A stretch of 64,000 nucleotides of DNA from Coleofasciculus sp. B1-GNL1-01. GTDB lineage: Bacteria; Cyanobacteriota; Cyanobacteriia; Cyanobacteriales; Coleofasciculaceae. Positions 1-9,903 of this stretch are shown piece after piece. Position numbers and translations under genes: made by a program. The stretch lies in the NCBI GenBank assembly GCA_040220235.1, contig JAVJTO010000102.1; one strand, written 5' to 3'. Under the pieces are notes generated by a model, which saw only the letters and a program-made list of their open reading frames with translations, searched no databases and was not told the DNA's origin. The first letter of the stretch is position 1, and each line of letters begins with the position of its first letter.

Positions 1-8
1 GAAACCTG

Positions 9-150
9 GTTGTAGGGGCGGGTTTTACCGATAACGTTCTGTCGTGTCTCTAACTTAACTAAACCCGCCCTTCTACGGAATCAGGGGAGATGGGGCGGGT
101 TTAGTCACATCCGGGTGACAACATCAGATAATAATGAAACCCGCCCCTAC
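9..150. repeat. Two REP-like palindromes of the GTAGGGGCGGGTTT...AAACCCGCCC family
   Basis: Inverted arms ggggcgggttt/aaacccgccc at ~12-71 and ~92-150. The same family recurs at ~31983, 36000, 36931, 37057, 37793 and 49988. Confidence 0.85.
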
Positions 151-167
151 AGTCGGAAAAACTCCAA

Positions 168-2444
168 TTAATCGCTAGCAACTTCAACCTCAATCGCCGC
201 TTTATCTCCCTTGAGTGCAGGGCGTAATCCGTTGACACCCGCAATGACACTAGAGCCATTGTTAATTAAGGTGGCTGTCATTGGATTTAATCCCACCGTC
301 GCCGCGATCGCTAAACCCGATAAATTAGGTACAGCGACAATATTGGTATTCTGGCGGATAATCTCTTTAGCATTCCGGGCGATCGCAATGGCTTCGACTA
401 AACCCTGCAAGTTATTCTGCATCAACACCACATCGGCGGTTTCGCGGGCAATATCAGACCCATCCCTGAAGGATACCGATACATCAGCATAAGCTAACGC
501 GGCGGAATCATTCAGTCCATCACCAACAAACGCCACCGTTTTCCCCGCTTCATGTAACTGCTGCACCACTTCCGCTTTGCGTTGGGGGAAGGCTTCGGCG
601 TGGGTATGACTGGGAGGTATATTTAATTGAGCCGCCACAGTCGCTGCCCGTTGACAATTGTCCCCCGTTAGGATATGAATCTCTGCCCCAATTTCGTCCC
701 GCAACATGGCAATCACTTCGGCACTTTCTGGGCGCAAGGGATCGGTATATTGCAATATACCCAGCAGTCTGCCATTACTTGCCACATAAATTGTTGGATA
801 TCCGGTTGTCTTCACGTCAGGATGGGCGGTATAGAATGACTCTAGGTCAATTCCCTCTTTCACCAAGAAGCGTTCGCTCCCCACTAACACCGTCTGTCCT
901 TCAATTTGCGCCTGAATCCCTAAACCGACTTGGTAATCCCACTCACCGCGCTGGGGTATAATCACCTCCTGATAATTGGCGTAACGCATTACCGCTTCTG
1001 CAACCGGGTGGGTAATCCGTTGTTCCGCCGCTGCTGCAAGTCGCAGCACATCTAATTCAGAAATGGCGGGATCAGCGGTTTTAATCCCAATCATTGCCAC
1101 ATCGCCCTGTGTCAATGTCCCCGTCTTATCAAAAACGATCGCATCAACTCGCGCCAATTGCTCTAACGCCCGCCCACTCCGCAGTAGAATCCCCTGACGG
1201 GCTGCACTTAACATCGCCGCCATGACGGTAGTCGGTACCGATACCCGAATCCCAGTAGCAAAGTCAATGGTTAAAATCGACGCCGCCCTCGCCGCATTCC
1301 GAGTTAGAGCAAAAATAGCCCCCCCTAATAATAGAGTGGGCAGTACCATGCGATCGGCAATTTTCGCCGCATAGTTTTCCACACGGGTATCATGAACCGG
1401 GGCATCTTGTAGTAACTTCAAGGTTCGCCCTGCCAGCGTATCCGCACCAATGCGTTCAGCTAGAATATACAGTTGTCCTTCCCGTACCAACGTAGACGCA
1501 TAAACGCTATCGCCCTCACTTCGTACCACGGGCATAGCTTCACCCGTGAGTTTTTGTTCATCAATCAGGGCTTTGCCTTGCAGAATCTGCCCATCCACGG
1601 GAATCTGATTCCCCGGATAGACAATCACGGTATCCTCTGGCTGTACCTGTTCAATCGGAATTTGCTGTTTTTCGCCATTCCGTTCCACCCAAACAACTTG
1701 CGCTAAGGAACTGAGCAAGTCTAAGGTTTGACTGTGAGACGAACGCGCCGTGCGTTCTCGAATTGCCTCACCCAGTTCAATTAGCCCCAACATACTACAG
1801 GAGGTGAGGAAATGACGTTGAGCGGTAATAATCGTAATCGCCGTTAGATCCAGAAAGTCCACATTGAGACGACGTTCATCTTTAATACTTTCCATCGCCC
1901 GTCGAGCCACAGGTATTGTTGCTAGTGCGATCGTCCCGCCCACAATTAAGGGATGGAACGATAACCCCAATGGACCACTAATCAGAGAAATTAGTGTGGC
2001 TAACGTCGGTAATTTTAATCGAGACCAATTTCCGGGTTCCGGTGAGTTCTCTACCTGAGTCGTATTCTCTGGAATCGTTAGCGCTGCATTGGTAGCAAGC
2101 TGAATCAGTTTCCCTAACCGGGAACGCATCTGGCTATCCGGTTCACTGGGTAGATAGCGAATTACCACCGATGCGGCGGCTGGTTTTAACCGCACCGATG
2201 TAACCTGGGGTTCTGCTGCCAAAAGCCTTTGCAGCCGTTGAGCATAGTTAGAATCATGAGCAATGCGCGGAATCCGAAACCGCACTCGTCCAGGTGTGGA
2301 GTGAACCACTCGATAGGTTACCTGAAACTGTCGTGTTTTTGGCTTGGTTCGCTCAATCACAGTTGGCGATTTACGTTCCATGGCGGCTGTCTGTTTCTGG
2401 GAAACATTGCCAGATGTCAAAAGCACTTGCTTCATTTTCACCAC
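168..2444 (-). CDS. P1B-type ATPase with N-terminal HMA2-like domain (P1B-6/FezB-like)
   Basis: LTGE, DKTGT, THP and GDGLND motifs; N-terminal VHSTPGRVRFR; TM4 reads IDFATG in place of CPC/SCA. Confidence 0.9.
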   Translation of the reverse strand: MVKMKQVLLTSGNVSQKQTAAMERKSPTVIERTKPKTRQFQVTYRVVHSTPGRVRFRIPRIAHDSNYAQRLQRLLAAEPQVTSVRLKPAAASVVIRYLPSEPDSQMRSRLGKLIQLATNAALTIPENTTQVENSPEPGNWSRLKLPTLATLISLISGPLGLSFHPLIVGGTIALATIPVARRAMESIKDERRLNVDFLDLTAITIITAQRHFLTSCSMLGLIELGEAIRERTARSSHSQTLDLLSSLAQVVWVERNGEKQQIPIEQVQPEDTVIVYPGNQIPVDGQILQGKALIDEQKLTGEAMPVVRSEGDSVYASTLVREGQLYILAERIGADTLAGRTLKLLQDAPVHDTRVENYAAKIADRMVLPTLLLGGAIFALTRNAARAASILTIDFATGIRVSVPTTVMAAMLSAARQGILLRSGRALEQLARVDAIVFDKTGTLTQGDVAMIGIKTADPAISELDVLRLAAAAEQRITHPVAEAVMRYANYQEVIIPQRGEWDYQVGLGIQAQIEGQTVLVGSERFLVKEGIDLESFYTAHPDVKTTGYPTIYVASNGRLLGILQYTDPLRPESAEVIAMLRDEIGAEIHILTGDNCQRAATVAAQLNIPPSHTHAEAFPQRKAEVVQQLHEAGKTVAFVGDGLNDSAALAYADVSVSFRDGSDIARETADVVLMQNNLQGLVEAIAIARNAKEIIRQNTNIVAVPNLSGLAIAATVGLNPMTATLINNGSSVIAGVNGLRPALKGDKAAIEVEVASD

Positions 2445-2545
2445 CCTCTCTTTCTGTCAATACAATTTATTTCGGTGAGCAATATCGGGAGCGATCGCTG
2501 TCGTCATCAAAGTTAAGACTCACCCTTCCTGAACTCAAACTGGGA

Positions 2546-3868
2546 TTAAACGCCTACGATGGGCATTTTTGCCATCAATCCGAGAAGGGTGGAAAGCGCT
2601 GCTGACTTAAATTCCAACCAAGGACTCACTGAGGTTGCGATCGCGGCTTGAGCGTTTTCCAGGGGTTCTGGTTTATCAGCCACAGAATCATCGGTGTTGG
2701 TTGGTTGTACATCCTGATCAACAGAACTCTCCCCAGCCTCCTCACTCCCCTGATCCTCTTCTTCTACCTGCACCGGAGGAGTCAACGAATTCGCCTCGGC
2801 TGAACTTGTCTCCGGTGGCGACAAATCCGGCTCGGCCATCTCCTCAGCTTCCCCACGCCTGGGTTCCTCTGGAAGGACAGGTTGAGTCAAGTTATCCGTT
2901 TTCTCTTCAACGTTATCGGTATAACCCGCTCCGACAACTGGGTTCTCAGATGTGTCATGACTCGTCTCTACATACTCCGCTCCTCTGCTCCTCCACTCCC
3001 CGGCTCCTCTGCTCCCCGGCTCCCTGGAGTCAGGATCAGCAGCGATTTGAATCAGACTAATGAAATGTAACCCAGCTTCTGCTTCGGAAACCTGCATCGG
3101 GTTGTAGGTGATCACCACCGATGCGACGGTGCTGTTGCAGCGCATCTGAGTAATCCAGTCATCTTTTTTAACTAAGGCTTGCAATCGGCGCAGATAGGCT
3201 GAATCTTCGGTAACTTTAGGAACACGAAAACGCATCCGTCCAGGAACTGTATGAACTAAGCCATAGACAACCGCTGAATCGGTATTGAATGCGACTGTTG
3301 GCGGCTTATTATTTTGCTCATAAGGTGTAGCATTTGCAATAACCTTTCCGTCTAAATTGACATTATTTTCGTCCGCCTTGTCACCTTCCTTCTGTCCTGT
3401 GTCTTCTAACCAATCCAAATTCTGCATAATCTGGCGAACGACATTCGCTGTCAGTAAATAGACCAGAATTGACCGCCATCCTTGCAGTCCTAGTTGCCTT
3501 GTGGTTAATAGTCCAAGTAATAAGGGAATAAAGGATATAAGCTGAGTCCCTGATTTTTTCCAAGCCTCTGCGTCTAACGGTTCTTGACTTTGAGGCTGTT
3601 CAATTTCGCCAAGTCCTAAATTCCCCAGAATTTGAAATAGTTGAGCTAGAGATAACTGATTCGTATCAAAGGTAATGAGTAAACTTCCAATTTGCTCATT
3701 GGTTCGTATCTCTCGCACGCCGACCCGCTTTCGCAGCAGGGGCGTAACCGCTCTCAATACGGTTCCGGGTTCCTCTCCTAAGACTCGGAGTCTTAGACGA
3801 CCTGGAACAACATGTAAAATTTCGACCTCCCGCTCTGGGCGAGGTGAAACCACACCAACCATTGGCAT
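2546..3868 (-). CDS. Membrane protein with two HMA2-like (HxxPGRxRxR) domains and an acidic low-complexity tail
   Basis: LHVVPGRLRLRV and VHTVPGRMRFRV flank a hydrophobic segment; co-oriented directly upstream of the ATPase. Confidence 0.8.
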   Translation of the reverse strand: MPMVGVVSPRPEREVEILHVVPGRLRLRVLGEEPGTVLRAVTPLLRKRVGVREIRTNEQIGSLLITFDTNQLSLAQLFQILGNLGLGEIEQPQSQEPLDAEAWKKSGTQLISFIPLLLGLLTTRQLGLQGWRSILVYLLTANVVRQIMQNLDWLEDTGQKEGDKADENNVNLDGKVIANATPYEQNNKPPTVAFNTDSAVVYGLVHTVPGRMRFRVPKVTEDSAYLRRLQALVKKDDWITQMRCNSTVASVVITYNPMQVSEAEAGLHFISLIQIAADPDSREPGSRGAGEWRSRGAEYVETSHDTSENPVVGAGYTDNVEEKTDNLTQPVLPEEPRRGEAEEMAEPDLSPPETSSAEANSLTPPVQVEEEDQGSEEAGESSVDQDVQPTNTDDSVADKPEPLENAQAAIATSVSPWLEFKSAALSTLLGLMAKMPIVGV

Positions 3869-4658
3869 TGACCCTCGTAACAGTAGTGTGGAGTTTCTCT
3901 GGTTAAGAACAGGTTAACCTCCATATCTAAGCATACACCCTATCTGTAATTTTTTATCTGAAAAAAATATTATGAATCTGAGAGCGTCTCTTAACCTAAT
4001 CTTATACTCTATGTATAGAGGAATACATCTATTGGATGATCCCTTGAGATTTTAGAAGATAGAAGCTTAGCTAATTCGCCATACTGCTCGGATCAGCTCT
4101 CGTTGAATGTTTTCTAGACATTCAAACGTCTTTACAAGATCCCCCTGCTTCCCTTAACCAAACAGTAGTGGGCTGATACGTAAGTTGAGTATTAACTGAT
4201 TATTTGTAGTCTGGGATACATTATCTATCGAACTGTTCCCCGTTCCCTACCCTCACCACCACACTGATTCGGGGTGTGGGGAATAGCAGCCAAGGGATAA
4301 AGGGGGTGATCAAGGCGGATTGGATAACAAACTGGATAGTACAGCAGCATTTAGGCGTCAAGACATTACTGGCATTGGGATGCCCATAAGTTAGATAGTG
4401 TCTTGACCAAAACTTCATAAACTTCTGACAATTTCTTTATGGAAACTTTACAACAAGCAAGACAAAAGTTTATAAAATAAAGTTAAATTAAATTTAACTC
4501 TGTCTAAAAAATATTGTATTCAGATTGTTTTCAGAAAGAGGGTTGACAAGATTTAATTTCCGCAAGAATTAATAGATAGGAGAGAAATTGCCTTCTTAGC
4601 AAAGATATCCAAGACAAGAGATAACCCAATATCAAACAATCGCATTTGGAGCAAGTTG

Positions 4659-5417
4659 ATGAATTACATTTTTGGCACAGTTGGTGATGATTGGCTAGAA
4701 GGCACATCCAGTGATGATGTCATTTATGGAGGAGAAGGAACCAATAGGATTATAGCCAGATATGGCAATAATGAAATTTATGGCGGTTCGGCTGCTGATT
4801 GGATTACCTCTGGAGATGGCGATGACACGATTTATGCCAACGAAGGGGAAAATATAATTGATGCTGGAGGCGGCGATAACCTGATTTATGGCGGTTCAGC
4901 TGCTGATTGGATTACCTCTGGAGATGGAAATGACACGATTTATGCCAACGAAGGGGAAAATATAATTGATGCTGGAGGTGGCGATAATCTAATTTATGGC
5001 GGTTCGGCTGCTGATACAATTACCACGGGATCGGGTGATGATATTATTTACGCGGGTGAAGGGGTAAACACGATTAATACAGGAGATGGAAATGATATTA
5101 TTTACAGTGGTTCAGGTGATGATGTAATTAATGCAGGTAGAGGTCAAAATCAAATCTGGCTGGGCGGTGGACAGGATACCATTAGCTTAGAAATGTGGGG
5201 ATCTAGTGAGATTAATAACTTTAACCCCTATCAAGACCAAATTGACTTTGGACTCTCCGATCTACGCGGCGTAGTTTTGATCGGACAAGGCAATGACACA
5301 ATGATCGGTTTAGGTAATTATGCGATTATGGCAACGTTGCATAATGTTGATGTTCAGACTGTAGCGGCTCATTCCACTGATATTTTTGGCGCAGAACTTA
5401 CTGTGTTTTCCAGTTAA
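4659..5417 (+). CDS. RTX/hemolysin-type Ca-binding repeat protein
   Basis: Multiple GGxGxDxI nonapeptide-like repeats; no signal peptide; GGAG upstream of the ATG. Confidence 0.85.
   Translation: MNYIFGTVGDDWLEGTSSDDVIYGGEGTNRIIARYGNNEIYGGSAADWITSGDGDDTIYANEGENIIDAGGGDNLIYGGSAADWITSGDGNDTIYANEGENIIDAGGGDNLIYGGSAADTITTGSGDDIIYAGEGVNTINTGDGNDIIYSGSGDDVINAGRGQNQIWLGGGQDTISLEMWGSSEINNFNPYQDQIDFGLSDLRGVVLIGQGNDTMIGLGNYAIMATLHNVDVQTVAAHSTDIFGAELTVFSS
4776..5015 (+). repeat. 108-bp (36-aa) near-identical tandem repeat inside the RTX gene
   Basis: atttatggcggttc recurs at 4776, 4884 and 4992. Confidence 0.9.
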
Positions 5418-5440
5418 GCCTGTCCAGCGATCATCGGTCA

Positions 5441-5554
5441 TCATACCAAATCCGGGTTCCGGGTTGACGACCTCCTTTTATGCCAACCTTGTAGAGACGT
5501 TGCGTGCAACGTCTCTATAGGTATATTTTGATACCTACAAAAATTAGGATATGA
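5441..5554. mobile_element. Degenerate MITE-like element containing a GTAGAGACGTTGC..GCAACGTCTCTA palindrome
   Basis: Imperfect ends tcataccaaat / aattaggatatga; internal palindrome at 5491-5517, same family as 29299-29327. Confidence 0.5.
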
Positions 5555-5938
5555 ATCGGACATCTCGCGATCGCGCCCAATGACGCTAAGTGGCACTCAA
5601 GAAACCCAAGCGTGAGAGATCGCTGGGTGGAAGTAGGTTGCATGTACACTCTTCATTAAGATTAGCGCATTAGGCTTCTAAATAAACCGTTGCCGCTTAA
5701 ATTTACCTTTTTTAATATACTAAAGCTAATAAATTTACCAAAGCTTAATTCTACAATTAAAAATTAATTAATTGACTGATAAACTGAAGATTATCAGCAA
5801 TTTTCATGATAAGGCTAGACAAAATGTAAACGAAATGTTATAAATATTAACTAAGCGCAATACATAGGATAGTAAATACTCAATATTCACGGGGTGTTGT
5901 CTGAAGCACGAGGATTGTCCTTTACCTATAGACTTCCA

Positions 5939-6337
5939 ATGAATCAAAATTACTCAACCGTTTCCCTTGCTGCCCCTGCTGCTTCCCAACCCTTAGCCAA
6001 AGTTACTGCTAAGTCAGGTTCAGATAACTCCCTCTGTTATGAGTTTCAAGTGCATGGAGTTGGCAGAGGTACATTTAGCTGCTCTGGTCATTTCCTGAAT
6101 GGGAATAATACGGAGTCCGTACTTTTAGAGTCTTTAGTCTGGAATGGAAACGTCATCAAATTAAATAATTTCCAAGAACATAGCCTATGCTTTGAGCAAG
6201 GAAAATTATTGGGACTGAATCTTTTAGGTGAAGGTTGGGAAATTCTGTTGAATCTAGGCATTCAGATCAATAGTGTTCACCGGATTACAGAAGTCACCTA
6301 TACACTGATCAACCCATCTGCATCGGTTCATAGATAA
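5939..6337 (+). CDS. Hypothetical protein
   Basis: Open frame from ATG 5939 after an AT-rich promoter-like region; no recognisable motif. Confidence 0.55.
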   Translation: MNQNYSTVSLAAPAASQPLAKVTAKSGSDNSLCYEFQVHGVGRGTFSCSGHFLNGNNTESVLLESLVWNGNVIKLNNFQEHSLCFEQGKLLGLNLLGEGWEILLNLGIQINSVHRITEVTYTLINPSASVHR

Positions 6338-6447
6338 CACCAATCGAGGTAGGGGTACATAGCGTGCCATTGGTCAAAAATCTGCCATACCTTGAATGAA
6401 CCCCTCCCTAGCCCTCCCCTTGTCAAGGGGAGGGAACTTGCATAGCC

Positions 6448-6494
6448 TGACGCTTCAAAGGTGAGCGTTTTTGTGGTATGTGTTGATAAAATAG
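6448..6494 (-). pseudogene. 5' remnant of the 156-aa gene (paralogue of 10269..10739), start codon lost
   Basis: gcttcaaaggtgagcgtttttgtggtatgtgttgataaaatag matches 10699-10741. Confidence 0.8.
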
Positions 6495-6629
6495 AAATTA
6501 CATCCCACTTAGCCGTTGCCAACCTCTACTGGTATTTCCAAGTCAGAGATGAATCAGAAGAAGAGACAGAATAAAGTGTCAAAAATACGTGATATTTTTC
6601 ATTTGTCATTAACCCTTGATTTGCTACAT

Positions 6630-7310
6630 TTATTCTGAAGCATTCGCTAACTCAAATAGACGTTTTAACCATTCAACAAACTTGTTCGCGATTTCAGCAT
6701 TATAACTCAGTACCTGTGCAGTAATAGCTTGTCCCATGGGCATTCCTGGCGTTTCTTGCCAAGCTAACCAGGTATGAATTAAGGCTTTGGGATGATGAAT
6801 TGGCGTGTAACGATTCAATTTCAACTGTTCAATTTCTTGCACAATCGCCTCGGCTTTTGGACGCAAACTATCATTAGAAGGAATTAGATGGGCAACAAAA
6901 TCTTCCAACATTCCAGGAAGTTGATTATCAGGCATTAACCAAACGCCTATTTTGGGTTTGTCTGGTTGTGTATACATCCAGCCATCTGGAGGAGGTACTG
7001 TCGGAATCGTCTGATATCCACTCTCCATGAGTCGATTTCGTATAGCTTGCCATCGTGCCAGTAAATCTTGATCAGCATCAACGACAATTCCTAATGTTTG
7101 TAATTTGGGTTGTTTGATTCTCAATTTTAAACTCTCTAAAATTGCGTCAATCCCTCCTCTATCGATTTCTTTCCCCGGTACTTCTACAGAAAAGGTTTCT
7201 GGTAGGTTATATTGTTCACATAAAGCCCAAATCACATGTTGGTCATTCTTCCCTTCAACCAACAATAACTGCTGAGGTTTGGGTAAAGGAGGTTTTCGTG
7301 CTTTTGGCAT
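6630..7310 (-). CDS. DUF3226 / TOPRIM-like protein
   Basis: LLVEGKND and GIVVDAD (TOPRIM-type E and DxD); GMLEDF; start overlaps the ATPase stop. Confidence 0.8.
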   Translation of the reverse strand: MPKARKPPLPKPQQLLLVEGKNDQHVIWALCEQYNLPETFSVEVPGKEIDRGGIDAILESLKLRIKQPKLQTLGIVVDADQDLLARWQAIRNRLMESGYQTIPTVPPPDGWMYTQPDKPKIGVWLMPDNQLPGMLEDFVAHLIPSNDSLRPKAEAIVQEIEQLKLNRYTPIHHPKALIHTWLAWQETPGMPMGQAITAQVLSYNAEIANKFVEWLKRLFELANASE

Positions 7311-8416
7311 TAACGCACCTCAATACTTTGGCGTACAGCGACGGATAGTTCATCAGCCGGATATTCAACCGGACGTATATCTTCACCCTTACGACTCAAT
7401 CGAAATAATTTGCTCACTGATGGATCATCGAATTCATCCACGGCTTCTTGAAACGCACAAATGCAGTCCCAACTATGAGTTGTCGCAAAAACTTGTATGT
7501 TTAATTCATTGGCTACTTCTAGTATAAATCTCCACATATCAGTCTGGACTTCATAATATAGACCTGTTTCAATTTCGTCTATCAGCAAGACACCATTCTC
7601 AACTGTCACGGCTGCCATGGCTAAGTTTAAAATGCGTCGCATTCCTTCGCCCATGCTACTGAGAGGAATTGGGTATTCTTTATGACGCCTCAACAGAATA
7701 CCACTATTGAAGTTTGGCTTGCTTGTAAAACTAATTCGTTCTATATTTTTATCTAATATTTTCAAAGCGTCTATTACCTGATCTTCTTTTGGTGTAAGAG
7801 TAATATCATTCCATATAGCAGATATATCCAGGTTGCTTAAATTATTACTTGGAACAAACCAACTTTTATTCAAGAATTTGTATTCGGGCTTTGATGAACC
7901 AGAATATTGATTGGAAAATCCAGGGAATGTCAGCCATCTAGCTTCTATTGAATCATCAGAATATACAGGAACATGATAGGTTTCTTCTTGTGAGTTTAAT
8001 CGAATAACCAATTCAAAGGGAGTTATAATTTGAGTTTGACTGCGAAGTTGAGGTGTCTCTAGTTTTTGTCTAATAATTTCAACTTGTAAATTCTGATCTT
8101 GGGTTGAACTAAAACTGATTGTTGAATTTAAGCTCGGTGCATGACCATAAAATAGATGGCTAATTTGATAGTGAAACTGAGGGTGGGGGGGTTCACCGGG
8201 CAGGCTAAAGCTGGAGCGTTCAACCAGTTCACCTCGGTTATGGAGTAAATAGGCTAAACGTTGAGGATTGCCTGGATTAACGAATAGATACACAGCTTCC
8301 AATAATGTGGTTTTTCCACAATTATTCATACCCACGAGTAAATTGACTCGCGCTAACCCATCGATATGAAAGTTCTTGAAGCAGCGATAGTTTTGTATAG
8401 TGAGATCACGTAACAT
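7310..8416 (-). CDS. ABC-type ATPase (AAA_15/AAA_21, OLD/AbiEii-like)
   Basis: Walker A GMNNCGKTT, signature SSMGEG, Walker B LLIDEIE, H-loop TTHS. Confidence 0.9.
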   Translation of the reverse strand: MLRDLTIQNYRCFKNFHIDGLARVNLLVGMNNCGKTTLLEAVYLFVNPGNPQRLAYLLHNRGELVERSSFSLPGEPPHPQFHYQISHLFYGHAPSLNSTISFSSTQDQNLQVEIIRQKLETPQLRSQTQIITPFELVIRLNSQEETYHVPVYSDDSIEARWLTFPGFSNQYSGSSKPEYKFLNKSWFVPSNNLSNLDISAIWNDITLTPKEDQVIDALKILDKNIERISFTSKPNFNSGILLRRHKEYPIPLSSMGEGMRRILNLAMAAVTVENGVLLIDEIETGLYYEVQTDMWRFILEVANELNIQVFATTHSWDCICAFQEAVDEFDDPSVSKLFRLSRKGEDIRPVEYPADELSVAVRQSIEVR

Positions 8417-8496
8417 AAACTTTTAGCTAAAGGAGCAGTGATTATCTCTTATCTTAGAGGCTAATCGTCACTGTGGTCATAGCTGGGTGATAATCA

Positions 8497-8584
8497 GCGA
8501 TCGCACGTTGATCGGTCATCGTCTATTGTTCTAGCTGGTAGGCTTGTCCCATTGGCATTCCTGGCGTTTCTTGCCAAGCTAACC
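8497..8584. repeat. Junction repeat copy A fused to a 43-bp duplicate of DUF3226 coding sequence
   Basis: gcgatcgcacgttgatcggtcatcgtct equals 10211-10238; 8542-8584 matches 6727-6769 at 42/43. Confidence 0.9.
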
Positions 8585-8609
8585 GCGTAATTAAAACACA
8601 CGTTATTAA

Positions 8610-8906
8610 CTACTTACGATTTCTCCAATACTGGGGTCTGCGCTTGTGATGCGCTAATGCCAAAATCCGAATTTGGTTGTTTTCAAGGAGGCGATAGAGT
8701 AGAAAGTAAGGAAATTTGGGCAGGATGAGACGACGAATAGAACCTCGAACCCTTGAACCCGCTTCTGGATAAATTCTGAGGAGATTAACTGTATTTTCGA
8801 CGTCTTCTAAATACTCCAAGCCAAGTCCTGCTTGTTGCGCTTCGTAATAGGCTATGGCATCGGTTAACTCCTGACTTGCCAGTGGATGAAATATAACCGT
8901 TTTCAT
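8610..8906 (-). CDS. RelE/ParE family toxin
   Basis: 98 aa; FHPLASQEL..YY..GLG..YP..G..IRR...KFPY..Y...ILALAHHKRRPQYW; ATGA overlap with the antitoxin. Confidence 0.9.
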   Translation of the reverse strand: MKTVIFHPLASQELTDAIAYYEAQQAGLGLEYLEDVENTVNLLRIYPEAGSRVRGSIRRLILPKFPYFLLYRLLENNQIRILALAHHKRRPQYWRNRK

Positions 8907-9133
8907 TGCCAGGACGCACGAATCTGTTGAAACACGTCCTCAGCCGGAATACCAGTGACTTGACCATCGTCTATTTCGCGATCGCGTGCTTCAGCTTCTT
9001 GAGTCCAAACACGTTCAACATCCTGGTCAATTTCACTGAGTTGACTCAAATGTTCCAGAAGTCGCGCCAGCAATGCAACTAGAGAGTCTTTAGGCAGAGC
9101 GAGGACTTCAGCTTCAAGCTGTTTGAGGGTCAT
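8903..9133 (-). CDS. Addiction-module antitoxin component
   Basis: 76 aa; LALP..W..EAEAR..EID.G.V..IPAEDV pattern; upstream of the ParE toxin. Confidence 0.85.
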   Translation of the reverse strand: MTLKQLEAEVLALPKDSLVALLARLLEHLSQLSEIDQDVERVWTQEAEARDREIDDGQVTGIPAEDVFQQIRASWQ

Positions 9134-9182
9134 AGGAGTTTTAGCTCAAGATGGGCAACTATCCTTATCATAATCATATCTT

Positions 9183-9443
9183 GCGATCGCACGTTGATCG
9201 GTTATCGTCTTGTTCTCCTGAGTTAAGCCAGATTCAGTTGTCAAAAGTGACGCCACCAATATTGTTCGCTTCTGGTAGGCTTGACGCAGGTGTTCCAAGG
9301 CGGCTGTTGATAGTAATCCTTTTACCAGAGCAACAAATTGTCCCCACGCTAGCAATTGGGATTCACTCTTGGCTTGGTTGAACTGGTATCTATAGAATTT
9401 TGATGTGATGATTGAGGACTTGGTTGAAATTTTGGAAGAGTAG
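9183..9443. pseudogene. Collapsed module copy: junction B + 3' end of the 156-aa gene (-) fused to the 3' end of an XRE HTH gene (+)
   Basis: 9183-9398 matches 10211-10425; 9398-9443 (tttgatgtgatgattgaggacttggttgaaattttggaagagtag) matches 11050-11094. Confidence 0.9.
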
Positions 9444-9491
9444 AGACAAGCGTAATCATCTCGTTGGCTGGGAGGAACGGATAACCGCGAG

Positions 9492-9541
9492 ATATACCGT
9501 AGGGTGGGCAATGCCCACCAACCAAAATTTCAGTACCATTC
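9492..9541 (-). repeat. Dispersed element homologous to 32097-32147 (gaatggtactga...ggtgggcattgcccaccctacggtatatc)
   Basis: Reverse complement aligns with 32097-32147. Confidence 0.65.
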
Positions 9542-9555
9542 CCATTAAAACTCAA

Positions 9556-9903
9556 TTACAAGAGTTGAAAGGCTTGAAGCATAAGTGAGTTCAATTGCTG
9601 AATTTGATTGACGCCTAACTTACCGATACGTCGTGTAATCAACCGACGTTCAAGAGTAACAATTCTTGTCACCCTCACTTTAGAAGTAACCTTTAGTCCA
9701 GTATTGGAAAATTCGGGATCTGAAGTATCTAGAACAAATTCATCTGGACTGAGACGGGTTAGATTTTGAGATGAAATAAAACAGAGGGTTATGTCATCAC
9801 CTGTAGAATCTACCCATAAAACTACAGCCGGACGCAGTTTTGTTGTACTCAAATCTGTGAAAGGGAAGGGAACTAAAACAATATCTCCTTTTTTGACAGA
9901 CAT
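9556..9903 (-). CDS. PemK/MazF family toxin
   Basis: KGDIVLVPFPFTDLSTTKLRPAVVL N-terminus. Confidence 0.93.
   Translation of the reverse strand: MSVKKGDIVLVPFPFTDLSTTKLRPAVVLWVDSTGDDITLCFISSQNLTRLSPDEFVLDTSDPEFSNTGLKVTSKVRVTRIVTLERRLITRRIGKLGVNQIQQLNSLMLQAFQLL

Noticed and set aside
3975..4020. Fur box upstream of the HMA2/ATPase pair
   Set aside because: TGAGA-gcg-TCTC has the wrong spacing, and CTCTAT-gt-ATAGAG cannot be assigned to a regulator.
9146..9511. 121-aa ORF in the track
   Set aside because: Chimera of a repeat, the antisense HTH tail and the 156-aa gene 3' end; treated as pseudogene debris.
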